Positions 38,827 to 52,300 of a stretch of DNA of 64,000 nt are shown here, piece by piece (position 1 is the first letter of the stretch; each line of letters begins with the position of its first letter). The DNA comes from Vermamoeba vermiformis. Taxonomy: Eukaryota. Where the stretch lies: contig JBEWZL010000272.1 in the NCBI GenBank assembly GCA_045837725.1, positions 124,001 through 188,000 on the forward strand, read 5' to 3'. The notes under the pieces are model-generated. The model was given only the letters and a program-made list of their open reading frames with translations, had not been told where the DNA came from and searched no databases. A program made the position numbers and the translations under genes.

Positions 38827-41800
38827 ATGGAGGGTGGTCAACCTCAGCTGGTGGACGACATCTGGTTCTCGATCTTCGGCTCGCTTCCTTTGCAAACGAA
38901 ACTTTTAATTGCTCAGGTAATTCAAAATATATTTATATAATATTTAATAATGCAATATCCTGCGATTTTCTATCCCGGTTTGGAAGCGATTTATGCTGCT
39001 CAAAAATTCGTTCTCGTAAAATTGAGAAATTCTACTTCTAATACTAACCTTTCATAAAGAAAATACCTTGATAAATTTACTGATTTAAATACGAGGTTTC
39101 AAAAAGCTGGAGGGAAATTGCAAGACATCCCGTCAACTGGACGCGACTTGAGGTTGCTCTGGCTGGTCCATATGTTCATATAGATGCAAAATTAAGGAGG
39201 ATGAATAGTTTCTTCAATTTCGTAACCAAATATTGCTCATCCCTGACAGATCTCTACGTTAATGTCGGATTCGACGACAGCAGCGTAAAGCAATTGAATT
39301 TTGGCCAAACTGGCCTTGATTCGTACATGAAGGAGTCGTCACGACACTTGGATGAGTTATTTCAGATCACAACGTTGCGAAGAGTCACAATAGTGGACTT
39401 TGTTCACCTTGGCTACAGACCAGCGAAGCTTCCGTTATGCAAAGACTTGCGCTTGCTAAACATTAGGTGTATTACCACATATGACGACTTCGGACTATTT
39501 TTACAGGTACGAGCACGACCAACTAGTTTCAGACCTAACCTTGGACAGGAATTGCCTAATTTGGAAGAGTTGTACTTGTCAGAAAACGCACAATATGGCC
39601 CAATTTTTGCAGCGACATTGAATAAGGCACAAGGACTGCGCATTCTAGCTATTCCGGAGGCACCTTTAAAGTCAGGCTCGATCAAAATCTCTTGCCCTTC
39701 GTTGGAGTACGTCGTGATTCTTTCGTATTCTAAGATCACTGAAACCATCAAACAAAATATAACAAATGGAATCGTGGTTTCGAAGAGGCAATTCTCAAAA
39801 GAGATGTTCAAGGGAGGAAAAGCCGTTACTAGCGAACTGAAAAAGCTTGCGCCGCTGTTGAATCAGCAGTATTTCAGTGCTGAAGGCGGCCTTCCGAGAA
39901 CAATTTTGATGTATCTTACGCATGGATACGACATGTTCAAAGAAGTCATTCATTTTTTGGTCAGAGAGCTTCACTTTGACCTCAACTTAATGTACGTAAA
40001 TTTATCGTTACCGAAGTTATCACTAACTTTTCCACCAGACCTAACGAATTCTTCTATCGACCATCATTTTATCGCGACTTTGGTGTAAGTACCACATATG
40101 TAGTAACACTCTCAGACCCTAACCGTAATCAAGCATTTCGGCGATATTTTACTTCCGCTTGAAGTTGCCGTTATAAAGGGAAATGTTGATGCGGTATCCG
40201 ACCTGCTAAAGCTTGGCGCAAGGGCTGAATATCCCTTCCCGAATCGATCGCCTCTGCAATATTGTTCTGAGAGAGCGCAGCTCTACCTCGTGTTACTGCA
40301 ACACGGAGCAGATCCGAACAAAGTAGTCGATGGGGCGCCAGTATTTATTAAGGCATTCAAAAGGCAGAAGAGAGGTAAGTTAACATTATTTTACGTATCT
40401 TGTTTTGCTAACGATTTACGCCAGACCCGATTATCATTAACGCGTTGCTTGACAAAATCGACGTTACATATCAAACGAAGGAGGGATCTCTCCTTGACGT
40501 AAGACGCGTTACTAATGCCCTCTACAAAAATTAACATCTTTGGTTAGTTGGTTATACCTGATTGGGAGACGTACGAAGTATTGCTGGCAGCGGGTGCCAA
40601 ACCTACGGCAAAAACCGTAAAGCTATTGCTAGCTCACGATGCATCGAGGGTAAATGCTTTAAAGTAAATATAAATTCGTTCAATACTAACACAATTTGTA
40701 CGGCAGATTAAGGAATTACTGGTCACCAAAAAGCTGACTGCTGACATGTTTGACGTTGAAACCGCTGCGAGTGCCATTTTGCATGGCCATGGACAGTATA
40801 TGTACGGTTAATATTGTTGTATTTGTGGTCCGATACTAATGATTCGTTGTAGGGAGGATGTTCTCAAGTCATTCGAGAACAAAAAAGACTTAGCGGGAAT
40901 GACGATTCTGCATTACGTGTGCTGTAGTTATTCTACGTCAAGCAGGCAGGCGTATCCATCGAGCCTAACCTATGAACCTGGCCGTCGTTGGCATATGATC
41001 GAGGATGTAGCACCTACTTTGTCTTCAGTCGCAGCCTCAAAGGATGAACGAGTCATGCCCAATATGCCATCTTCAATGCCATTTGGGCAACGACCCTTCG
41101 TGCCTACTGATGAACGAGTCATGCCAAAAAGGCTATCTACAACGCAAGACAAGCCACTGGGGGAACGACCTTTCGTGCCTACTGATGATAAGAACCCAGA
41201 CGGGAAATCTCCCGTAATCACACAGCCATTCTCGTTCGATTTCTCAGTTCCCATTGGCTTCGGATCCGCGCCTTTCTCTCCTTTCAACAACAACACAACC
41301 AACGCGACCAATCCTTTCGAAACTCCAACATCCGGTGCACCATTTACCTCTCCGTTCTCAGCGCCCGTTGGCTTCGAATCTACTCCTCCTTTTCAGTTTA
41401 GTGGCAATGCACCGGCCCCGTTCAATCCAAACAGCCCTTTTGGAGCAATTCCAATGCCCGCCTCACGTCCGACTGTAGGGCCCTATCCTATTGGAGCCAA
41501 ACCAGTGTCATTGAAAGGCAATAGCAGTGGATTTGAAGCACAAGCTCCGATTCTTTCGAAAGAACAACGGTTCGAGTCCAGTATTCAGTTTATTCTGGAC
41601 GACGTGAACACAAAGAATAACATAGGTGAGACAGCATTGCTTATGATAGTCAAAGCTTGCATGAAAGAAAGCGACAAACAGCATCGAGTCGATGCGTTAC
41701 TCAAAAGAATGGCTGACGTCAATTTGAGCGTAAGAACTAATCTCGGTCTTGTGCATCGTTGATGACTTACCATCGCTAAATTTAGGACTGTAATGGTTGG

Positions 41801-44027
41801 TCGCCTTTGCATGCCGCTTATTATTGCGGTCATTACAAAGTTGCCAAGACTCTCTTGGACAATAGAGCGAATGCTAACGCGCAAGATCAGCACGGAGTTA
41901 CACCTCTTATGGCTGCTGTTTATGGCTTAAAGCACAATAATTTGTCTGAAGATATAATCGACACTCTTTTTGACAACTTCGGATCTGATGTTAAATTGGA
42001 CTTCGGTTTGACGGAGAAGGTATGTCCTGTCATGCTTGAACTGACAAGTAACTAATTAATTTTATTACTAGTATTCGCAGAGAGCCTTGTTGCATTTTAT
42101 TGTTTGCGTGCTCTCCGATGCCAATGTACTTGACAGGGTTCTGAGCAAGACCAAACACGATGTTAACGCACGGCACGTATCGTTCAATGTTTCTTCACCG
42201 GTCTTAATACTTCCTTAGTGATTCAGATGGCTGGACGCCTCTTCACTACGCAGTGATGTTTGGCAAGTTCGAACTAATTCCCGTTCTCAAAAAATTTGGA
42301 GCAGATTTCAATGCGCAATCTTATGGCATGAGATTGACACGTAAGTTTGCGGGTGTTTAATATGAAAGCTATTAACATTTTTATAGCTGCCATGTTGTTG
42401 TTGCATATGACGACTCCGGCCTCACCGTACCATGCTTGCTTGGAGAACTGCAACTTGATCTTGCACGGCACCCGAAAGTTGAATAGTAGCTCCAGGTAAG
42501 TCATTCGATCCAGTTAATGTATATGAATTGACCTTTCTACAGCTGCGAAACAATTACTGGGGACATCGAAGTGATTGAAGCGCCGTGGAATGCCCAGGGT
42601 CCTCGTATTGCTTCTAATCCAAGGTAAATCGTATACTAATTTTTTAACCATCTCTCTAATTGTTTTAGGATTAACTTGCGGAATGCAATGCTTGCCCTAG
42701 ATAGTTTACTGAACGAATCGAACATTGATCTGGTGGATGCAAGCGGAAATTCCTATCTTCATTTGGTAATGATCTCGCGGTATATATTTAACGGTTTTTA
42801 ACATTATTATGATAGCTTGTGATGCATTCGGACTCCAGCAAGGTCGATTTTATCGAGTGGTCAAACAAAGTGCCTGGTTTGCGCGGCCAATGGAACGCGA
42901 AGAATTACAACGATGAAACGCCATTCTTATTGTAAGTCATATTGTAACACTATGACTAAATGCTAATATTTAATTAGGCTATCCAAACAAGCCTTGAGTA
43001 GCAGATCGGCGTTATTTGGGTAAGTCTGCAGTGACGAGGTCGCTTCCGATGCCTAACTCTTTGTTATTAGTCATAAAGTTGACATTTTGGGCATCATCGC
43101 ACATTATCAGATCGATTACGCGACTCCCAATAGCAGAGGAGAGTCGCCGATAGGATACTTAGTCATGGGCAAAAGTTTCTGGAGCTTGGCTTCTTCGTGG
43201 CTTGCACTGCCAGGTACTTGATTACATGCACTTGTATCAATCCTAATTTATGATTATCACCAAGGGTTCGATCTCTCAATGCAAGAAAAATCAAGTCCAG
43301 ATTTGTGGGAAAAGCTGTGGGACAGAAACCTTCTGACAAAACAGATCGTCGATCAAATCATTTGCGTCAATCCCGCGATGCTGAACAAGCCTGGTAGCGC
43401 CAAGAAAAAGACTTTGTTGATGCTTGTGCTTGAGCGGGTAAGTTACATTGATTAGCTATTATGTAAGTTAACAACAAGAAAGATTGTGGACGAAAGCGGG
43501 ATCGGAAGTGACACGGACACGTCAGGAACGTTAGGCTCGCAGTTGGAGTGCAGCAGAGTGTTTTTTGATTCGCTCGCGAAGTATAAGCCTCACTTGAACA
43601 TTCAAGACATCAACGGCAACACAGCACTTCACATTGCGTGTCAGTACTTTCATCTCGGTGCTGTTGACGCGGCCAGATATCGTGTCAGAAACGTCAAGTC
43701 CCAAACATACATGAAAATTGCATTTGCATTGCTGGAAGGTAAGCTAGAAGTGGACTTTGTCTCAGACGCCATTCTAATCTTGGTTGTTCGTCAAAAGCGG
43801 GAGCAGATCCGACGATCAAAAATCGACTGGGACTGAGTCCGTTAGACTACGCACCACACCTAATGGATTTGAACACGCCATTTATTCGAGATTGGATTGT
43901 ACAAAGTGAAGCAACAGGTAGCGAAGCAAAAGCTATTTCGAAGGCAGAACCAACCGTCCGTTCCCGAGCAGAGAAACTGTTTAATTATCAACACTGGAAT
44001 GAGACCAAGAGTGACGATGACGAGTGA
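38827..44027 (+). CDS. F-box + LRR-like + ankyrin-repeat protein, array copy 1
   Basis: F-box QLVDDIWFSIFGSL...AQ|VSKSWREI, LRR-like LPNLEELYLS, ankyrins GWSPLHAA, HGVTPLMAA, DGWTPLHYA and NGNTALHIAC. About 20 introns. Confidence 0.85.
41043..41189 (+). repeat. Coding tandem duplication (DERVMP...G[QE]RPFVPT x2; 66 and 75 nt units)
   Basis: gatgaacgagtcatgcc occurs at 41043 and 41109; ttcgtgcctactgatga ends both units. Confidence 0.9.
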
Positions 44028-44264
44028 ACTTGCTGCATGTAAAGTGCCTTCTGCGAGGCCATAATCATTAAGACCTTAATGCGTTTTTTGCTTAATTCAT
44101 GTGTGCAATTCCAATGTAGGCGTTTAACACGCTTCTCGGACCCGACGTTCATGAAAATAGGAAGATTCGCGCTGCAGAGAGTCTGAACGAGAGCAGAACT
44201 CGCTTTCTGGCTCTAAACGAATTATTACGAAATCTTACACAATATAATATACTACAGAGCAATA

Positions 44265-47200
44265 ATGTCTTCGTCAATCGAAGATAGATCTGTAGAGCTT
44301 GCTGAGGACAACTGGATCGTCATTTTTTCCTTCTTATCAACGCCAACAAAGCTTAAAATATCGCAGGTAATTTTAACGTTATTATTAAAATTATTACAAT
44401 TAACCCGTAATGATACTCAAAATATAATAATCCAACCAGGAAGGAATAAAAATCTTCAACAAATCTTGCATAAATTACAATTGACGCCCTTATTGCTCAT
44501 TATACTCAAAATATAATAATCATAAATTAATAGATTTTTAGGTGTGCAAACAATGGCGAGCTCTAATTATGCATCCGTCATTTTGGAAAGCTGTCGAAGT
44601 CAGGCTTGGGCGTTCAAGAAGTCTAGGTCTTGCAGTGCAATATCAACGTCTTATCGACTTCATCACCAAATATTGTCCAGTAATTGTAGATCTGCACATT
44701 ACCATTCTTTCGCACCAGGATCTACCCGAAAATTGGTTGAATCCCGTCTTTCAAAGCAAAACATTGCAAAGATTAGCAGTGGTGATGCGTGATTATGAGC
44801 ATGCCTCATCAAATCTTGTTTATAGAATGACTCTCCGGCCAGCGAGTGAAGATCTTAAACTTGTGAATTTAGCCAGCGTCAAGCTTGACAAGAACACGGT
44901 GGAATTACTATTGGTAATTTTATAGACAGCTATATGTATATTTACATTTAAGAGAAAAATGGCTAATTATTGGTTTAAAGCAATTACCGAATTTGGAAGA
45001 GCTTTACTTGCACTGCAATACGCAATTAGCCGAGAATTCTTTAAAACAAGCCAGAAAATTACAGATATTATATGCGTCTCAGGATATTGTCAGGTCATCA
45101 GCCATAGTTGCAGCTTGTCCGTCATTGAAGTACCTGATCTGTCATGTCCTCGGATACGACGACGATGAGGACGATGATTGGAGAGAAGATGAGCGTACCA
45201 TATCAAAAATAGAGAACACAATAGTAGTTACAGATAACACGTTGGATCTGCTGGAAATTGATCCCAACGCACAAATCAATTTTAATCGTGTCGCACCGCT
45301 TGTGATGCCATACACTTGTGGACTAGTAGAAAACGTGTTGGTGCCTATGTCATGCAAATTCAATTCTCTCCAGCCCTACATAGAAAGCTTCGTCAAAGAG
45401 CTTAATTTTGATTTGAACTCGGCGTAAGTACTCTACCGTTTTATCAATTTTTATTGGTTAGTAATATACACATGAAATATAAATGTAATATAAAACTAAA
45501 TATTAATTTATTGTTAATTTTTCTAGGTACGCATCTCAATGCCTTTATCGACCGTCGTTCACTTTTTCTGCTCGTCATACGGTACGTTACAAGCCAGAAA
45601 AATGGTGCTTTAAATGAAATATTAACTAAGGTTATTTTTCTTTAATTTTTCAGCGTATGTGCTTCGGAAGTAATTATATTCAGCCCGAATATTTAGAAAA
45701 ATATCCAATTGAAGCAACTATTACACAAGGAGACCTGAAGATCGTCGAAGAAATAATCAAACTCGGAGCTTGGGTGGAATGTCCTGAACCTAATAGGTCT
45801 TATTTAACTATCGCCTATCGTGCGGATATTCGCCTTTTATTGCTTCAACACGGAGCGGATCCGAACAAAAATATTGATGCGAAGGAGTACTTGCCAGTTT
45901 TTGCATATATGTTTATGGATCCACGATTTGAAGGTGATAACATTTATATTATTTTCGTTCGTAATATTAACCATTTTTCCTAGACTCCGCTGAAGTTGTG
46001 CGTGCACTCCAAGACAAATGTGACTTAAGCGTAAAAATCCTGGGCAAATCACTTTTACACGTATGAAATGTTGATGAGTTATTATATAATGATCTTTTGG
46101 TGTTTAGTGGGCTATAAGCAATCAGAAATGGGAGTCTTTCGATGCACTGATGGCACATGGACTACAATTGTCGCAAAAGGATCAGCTGCACCTCTTGAAA
46201 CGCAATCCTCCGTTGGTACGCATCATATTAATTGCAATATAATGATAAAACAATTTCTAACTATTTTTGTTAGTTCGTTGAGATGATTTTGAACAAAACT
46301 TTGGACATGATGCAATTCGATACCAAAGTTGCAATTGAAATGATACATATGGATCTAGCGCCATTAATGTAGGATAAAATACCGAATAATTAGGTAAATT
46401 AATAATTTTTGTAACAGAGCACCGTACATGAACGAGAATATGAATAAACTGGACGAGTGCGGATACACGTTGTTCCATTACATGTGCCTGACTGGAAAAG
46501 ACGATCAGTTTAGTTTTTTAGAAGAGCCGGAGTTATTTGAAGGAGAGAAATATCGATGGAAGTTAGCGGATCCGGAGAATTGTTCGTGGAGGAGTTCCCA
46601 ACAAAAAGTCAAGGACATTCGCAACGAAAATGAATCGGAACAAACCGATCAAAATGAGACAATAATACACCAGGCATATATCTACGAGTCGAATGAGGAC
46701 AAAGAACAGTCTATTTATGAAAAATTGCGACTGAAGCAATTTCAGCGGTCACCAAAGAAACCAAAGCCCAAGTTCACTATACAAAATCTACCGCCAGTTA
46801 CTATTGTTAATCCTGACGTGGCGATATTGACAAAAGACAATGAGACTGGATTACTTCTCGTGTGCAAGTCTAGTTTCACACCCGAAGAGATGATGAGACG
46901 TGTCAAAGAACATTTGTCGTTTGGTGCTGACTTTAATTTGCCCGTAAGTCAATAACGAGACAAAAATAGTAATTTTTAGCTTTAACGTAAAGTATCTTAA
47001 CAGGATAAATTCGGCTGGACACCGTTACATGCGTTATGCTACGGTCAGTATTGGCAAGTAGCGTGTTTGTTGCTAGAGAACGGTGCAAATATAAATGTGC
47101 AAGACAATCACGGAGTTACGCCCTTTATGGCTGCAATCTATGGGTACAAACGCTTGGCTGACAGGGCGGAGAACCCTAGCTCGTTCACTGAACACTTTCT

Positions 47201-49202
47201 CTCGTTAATGAAAGCGACAAAAGAATCGATTACTAGCATTGATGCAACTGAAAAGGTACGCGTTGGCGTTGGTTCTTCGGCTGTAGAAATTTCTAACGAG
47301 TTTTCCTGCAGTTTTCAAACCGAACGTTGCTTCATCTGGCAGTCAGTGTCAACGACAAACACTTGATATCAGCGCTGTTAAAAACGAAACTTGACATTAA
47401 CGCAAGGTAAGGAAACTTAACGAAGCTACTTAAGTTCGACTCGAAAGAGCTAAAAGTATTTCTTGCAGAGACGCGGATGGCTTTACACCGTTGCATCATG
47501 CAGTGATGTACGGCCACAATGGAGCGGTAGAAACACTTGTTAAGAACGGAGCTGACCTGAATGCACAAACAACTTCGCTCAGATTAACACGTAAGAATAG
47601 GCTGGACTCTGACGAACAATTTGCTAATTTTATGTATTTGATAGCTGCAATGGTTCTGATGCAAATATTATCTGTTTTCAAGACCTCGAAATATGCTGAT
47701 AATGTTCCGCCTAATGTTCCGTACTTCAAGTACCTCGAATCTTACAACACCATTACGCGCGTTCGCCAATGTTGGAGAGACGTAGAGTACGTCCAAAGAA
47801 TTTAAAAATATTTTGTTTACTGACTTTGGGACAGCGATTTGAAGGTTAATGTTGAGCTGTGTGATGCGCCCTGGCATCATAGCGACCTTTGGTTCCACGG
47901 CTCTTCTTTGTACGTACAAACGTATCATTTAAACTTGTTAGTAACCTCATTTTGTTACGTATATAGTGAGACATTGACTAACTGCGATGAAATGCTTGAG
48001 TTACTAACCAGCAAAGCGAATCTGACCTTGACCGACATCAACCGAAATACCTACCTTCACTTTGTAAGTATTGAAGCATCGATCTTAAATAATGCTAATA
48101 AGAACTAAATGCACTTACAGCTTATCATTCTTTACGGCGACAATTTCTCCGGATTGAACGAGTGGCTTGTTAAACACGAAGAACTGAACAGCCAGTGGAA
48201 CGAGAAAAATGACAGCAATACGTCAAGTTTTCATTCGTAAGGACAATTGAGTTTAAGCTAGCAATTTGATCTAATTAGCTTTGCAGGTTATGTTCGCAGC
48301 TTGATAGGACGAAAGTTTATTCTGCAAGGTACGTCCAGACATTTTTGAGCCATGTCATTAATAAGTTAATTAGCGAAGAAGCATTTTTATACGACCTTGT
48401 CACCAAGTATAATATTGATATCATGGCACGTGGTAGTTCAGGAAAGTTCCCGTTGTATTTTATCGCATCCGCCAAATGGTCTTCGTTCTCATGGGATAAA
48501 TGGACCGCATTACAAGGTAATCGCTATTATAATATAACGTATCATTTTTTAATATTTAATCAGGTGTTGATTTAAGCGTCGAGTTGCCAGAGCCACATGT
48601 ACCTGATTTCTTCGAAGTCTTGTGGTCAGAAAAACGCGTCAGCCTAACGATGTTAAAGGACATTTTGGCGAAGAATCCTGCTTATCTCGAGCGACGAGAT
48701 CAAAACGGAGAAACTTTTCTGATCAGATTGATTCGACAGGTACGTGAAAGACCGAAACAAAGTGCTCAACTGACCGATGAACTAGATTGTCGCTGGTGAT
48801 CTAAAGCTGGATGTTCTCGAAGTTATACTCGCGTATACGTCACATTTGAACATTCAAGACGTGAATGGCAACACAGCGCTGCATATTGCGTGTCAGTTCT
48901 TTCATCTCGGGGCCGTTGACTCGATCAGATCGCACCTCGATAATGTACACAAATCTTATTTATTCTTCGCTACTCCTTTCATACTATTGGATGGTAAGCT
49001 CGAGCATATGATATGTACTATATTAACTGGTTCTATATTTGTAGCGGGAGCAGATCCGTACATCAAAAATAATCGCGGTGAGACGCCGTTGAGTTATGTT
49101 CCAGCATTGATGAGTCATTATCAACACTTGTATAAATGGATCAAAAGTGCTGCTGAAAGGGCTTTAGACATGGAAAGGGAATACGGAATGGAAGTTGATT
49201 AG
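44265..49202 (+). CDS. F-box + LRR-like + ankyrin-repeat protein, array copy 2
   Basis: ELAEDNWIVIFSFL...SQ|VCKQWRAL. Same domain order and intron positions as copy 1. NGNTALHIACQFFHLGAVD and AGADP terminal exon. Confidence 0.87.
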
Positions 49203-49319
49203 GCACGTGAGTTGCCCTGAAATTTCAGAAAAACACATCTCCGAAATAAATGTCGCGCATATTTAATTACTTTTTTGAAAGAATACATATATAATCTTTA
49301 TTTGATGATATAGTAGATA

Positions 49320-52300
49320 ATGAGCTTGGTGGATGATAATTTACTCGCGATCTTTTCTTGGTTGCCAAATGTAGCCACCAAACTAGCGGTATCTCAGGTA
49401 ATACATTTAAATATGTCATTTCTTATTTGGCAAACATTTTATACTTTTTTTATTCGACGGATCAAGAGAAAATAATTAATTATCGCCTTTTTACCCACCC
49501 AAAATTTTAATTATTTCGCAAAAAACGAGGAATAATTAGTCGCCACGAATTAGTTCAAAATTTAATTTATTAGGTCTGCACAAAATGGCGGGAGATTATT
49601 ATGCATCCGTCACTTTGGAAGGCTGTCGAAGTACGCCTTGGAGAAAACGACAACAATCATGCACGCGCATATATGCAGTTAGTTAAATTCATTCAACGAT
49701 ATTGCACATCAGTCGTAGACATCTGCATCAAAGTTGTTGACATTGAGCTGCACTTGCCGAAGAATTGGTTGGATGCGATCTTTCAAATCAAAACACTGCA
49801 GAGATTATCAATATTATTTTGCGATGAAGAGTACGGCCATTATAACTTGAAATACAATACAACGAAGGCTCCAAATTGCCCCGATCTGCGATTGCTTAAT
49901 TTGACGAGCGTCGGAGTGAAGGAGGATACATTAAAACTTCTATTAGAGGTAAGTTAATAATTTATTGCAAAATAATTTAATAATTATCTCGTTCTAATTA
50001 ATTTTCTGTTATTTACAAAAGCGGATGCCGAATCTGGAGGAACTCTATCTGTACCCCTACAACAAATTTAGCAAAAGTATTCTACCCACGCTATCAAAAT
50101 GCAAAAAACTACAACGACTCTTGGTCCCTCAAAAAGTTCCTGAAAGTAAAATCGTTCGTGCTTGTCCGTGGCTCAAGTACCTCATTGTTTATGACCATGA
50201 CGGCGACGACGACGAAGAAAGTGAAGATTGGGACGATTTCGTAATTGATCCACTTACTAGAATAGGAAATACTGTCGTCGTACAGGAAACTGTTCTGGAT
50301 CTCAGCGACACCAACTTTAATATCGGGCGGTTGCGGCAACTTAAGCCACTTCTGGTGCCATATACTAGCGGAGCGATTGTAGAGAGTGTGTTTGTGAAGT
50401 TAGGATTTAGAGACATCAATGATTATCCGATCAAAAATGGAGTTTTGCAATTTTTAGTGAACGAAATGCACTATGATTTGAACGCTGCGTAAGATTAAAT
50501 TATTGACTATATATTAATATTAACGTTTAAATAGGGGTCCCGAATATACTTACCGGCCTTCATTTACCCATAGTGAGTCTGTAAGTTGCCTAATTAATTT
50601 GAGATCTGACTAATTTAAACTTTTTCGCTAGAGTTATCGCTACGGACTTTTCGGCACAGATGTAAAGCCAGATTACAGCGAAAAATATCCGTTGGAAGCA
50701 GTGCTCAGTAAAAATAGCCCTGCTGCGATAATTAGTACTGGCAACCCTAGTAGAGAGTCACCCGACGTAGCAGCATTGAGATTTTGGACGGAGCTTGGTT
50801 GTAAACCAGAGTGTCCTGAGCCGAACAGGTCATATTTAACTATTGCCTATCGAGCGGATACACGACTTTTCTTGTTACAATGTGGAGCAGATCCGAACAA
50901 AATTATTAACGTCAAAGAAAATATTCCTGTATATGCTCATATGTTTATGGACCCACGATTCGAAGGTATAACTATGATAATAACTACACACATCTAATTA
51001 TGAAAAAAAGATTCTGGTGCGGTCGTCCAAGCGCTAATGGGCAGAGTTGATTGGAGCATCGAAGTGAAGGGAAAAACGCCTTTAGGAGTAAGTCGTATTA
51101 AATAGCAACATATATTAATGACTCGAATTTTTAGTGGATGATTGAGAATAAGAAATGGGAGTCATTTGAAGCTCTAATGTCAAGCGGCATGAAACTCTCG
51201 GCCATCAATCAATTTACACTTCTTCAGCACGAGCCAACAAAAGTAGGGGTTAACTTATTCCAAGAAATTCGAGACTGACTAGTATTTTTTCAGTTCTTGG
51301 AAAGAATAGCTAACGGATCTATCGACATGATGACATTGAGTGTCGAAATCGCACTTCATATGATCAATACAGGACTTGGTACTTCAATGTAAGCATCATA
51401 ATCGATTCTTCTATGACCCTTCATAACAAAAAATACTAATCTGCGTAATTTAGTGCGCCGTACATAAATGCAAATATCAACAAAATCGACGAGAATGGAT
51501 ACACGCTGTACCACTACATGAGCATGACTTCAAGTGAAGCTAATATGAACAATAAGATAGAGTACAAGCAGGAAGAAGGAAACGAGTTCCGATGGGTTTT
51601 AGCAGACCCCAAGAGTTGTTCGTGGCGGGAAACAAAACAACGTGCATCGTACGATTTGGACGAAAAAGACTATTTATTTGATGAGGAAATGGAGGAAAGA
51701 GAGGAAGAAGAAGCCAGAAAAAAGAAATTTCAGCTTAAACTCCACCAAGTACTAAGACAAACTGGCGCACTGCACGCAACACAGCCACCTAAAAATTTAC
51801 AAACTAAAGGACCAGTCGCTTTTGTCAAGCCTAATATCACGATGGTGACCAAAGACGGCGAGACTGGATTGCTTCTCGTGTGCAAGTCACGACTTACTGC
51901 GGATGCGATGACAAAGCGAATTCAACATAATCTGGCTGCCAAGCCTGATGTTAATAGAGGCGTAGGTTATCAGTTAAAATTATAGAAATTAATTTTCAGC
52001 AAAGTTATTGTAAAGACTCGGAAAAATTGAACTAACTTTTGTTTCATGAACAGGATAAAAATGGCTGGACACCACTACATGCGTTATGTTACGGTCAATA
52101 TTGGCCAGCAGCACTATTGTTACTCAACAGCGAAGCAGACATCAATGCGAAAGATAGCCACGGAGTTACGCCGTTGATGGCTGCGATCTACGGATACAAA
52201 CACTTGCCCAAATCAAATGGATCAAACGAATTCACTGAAAATTTCTTGTCGTTACTTAATGCAGCAAAATTACCTATAGATGTTACTGCTACTGAAAAGG

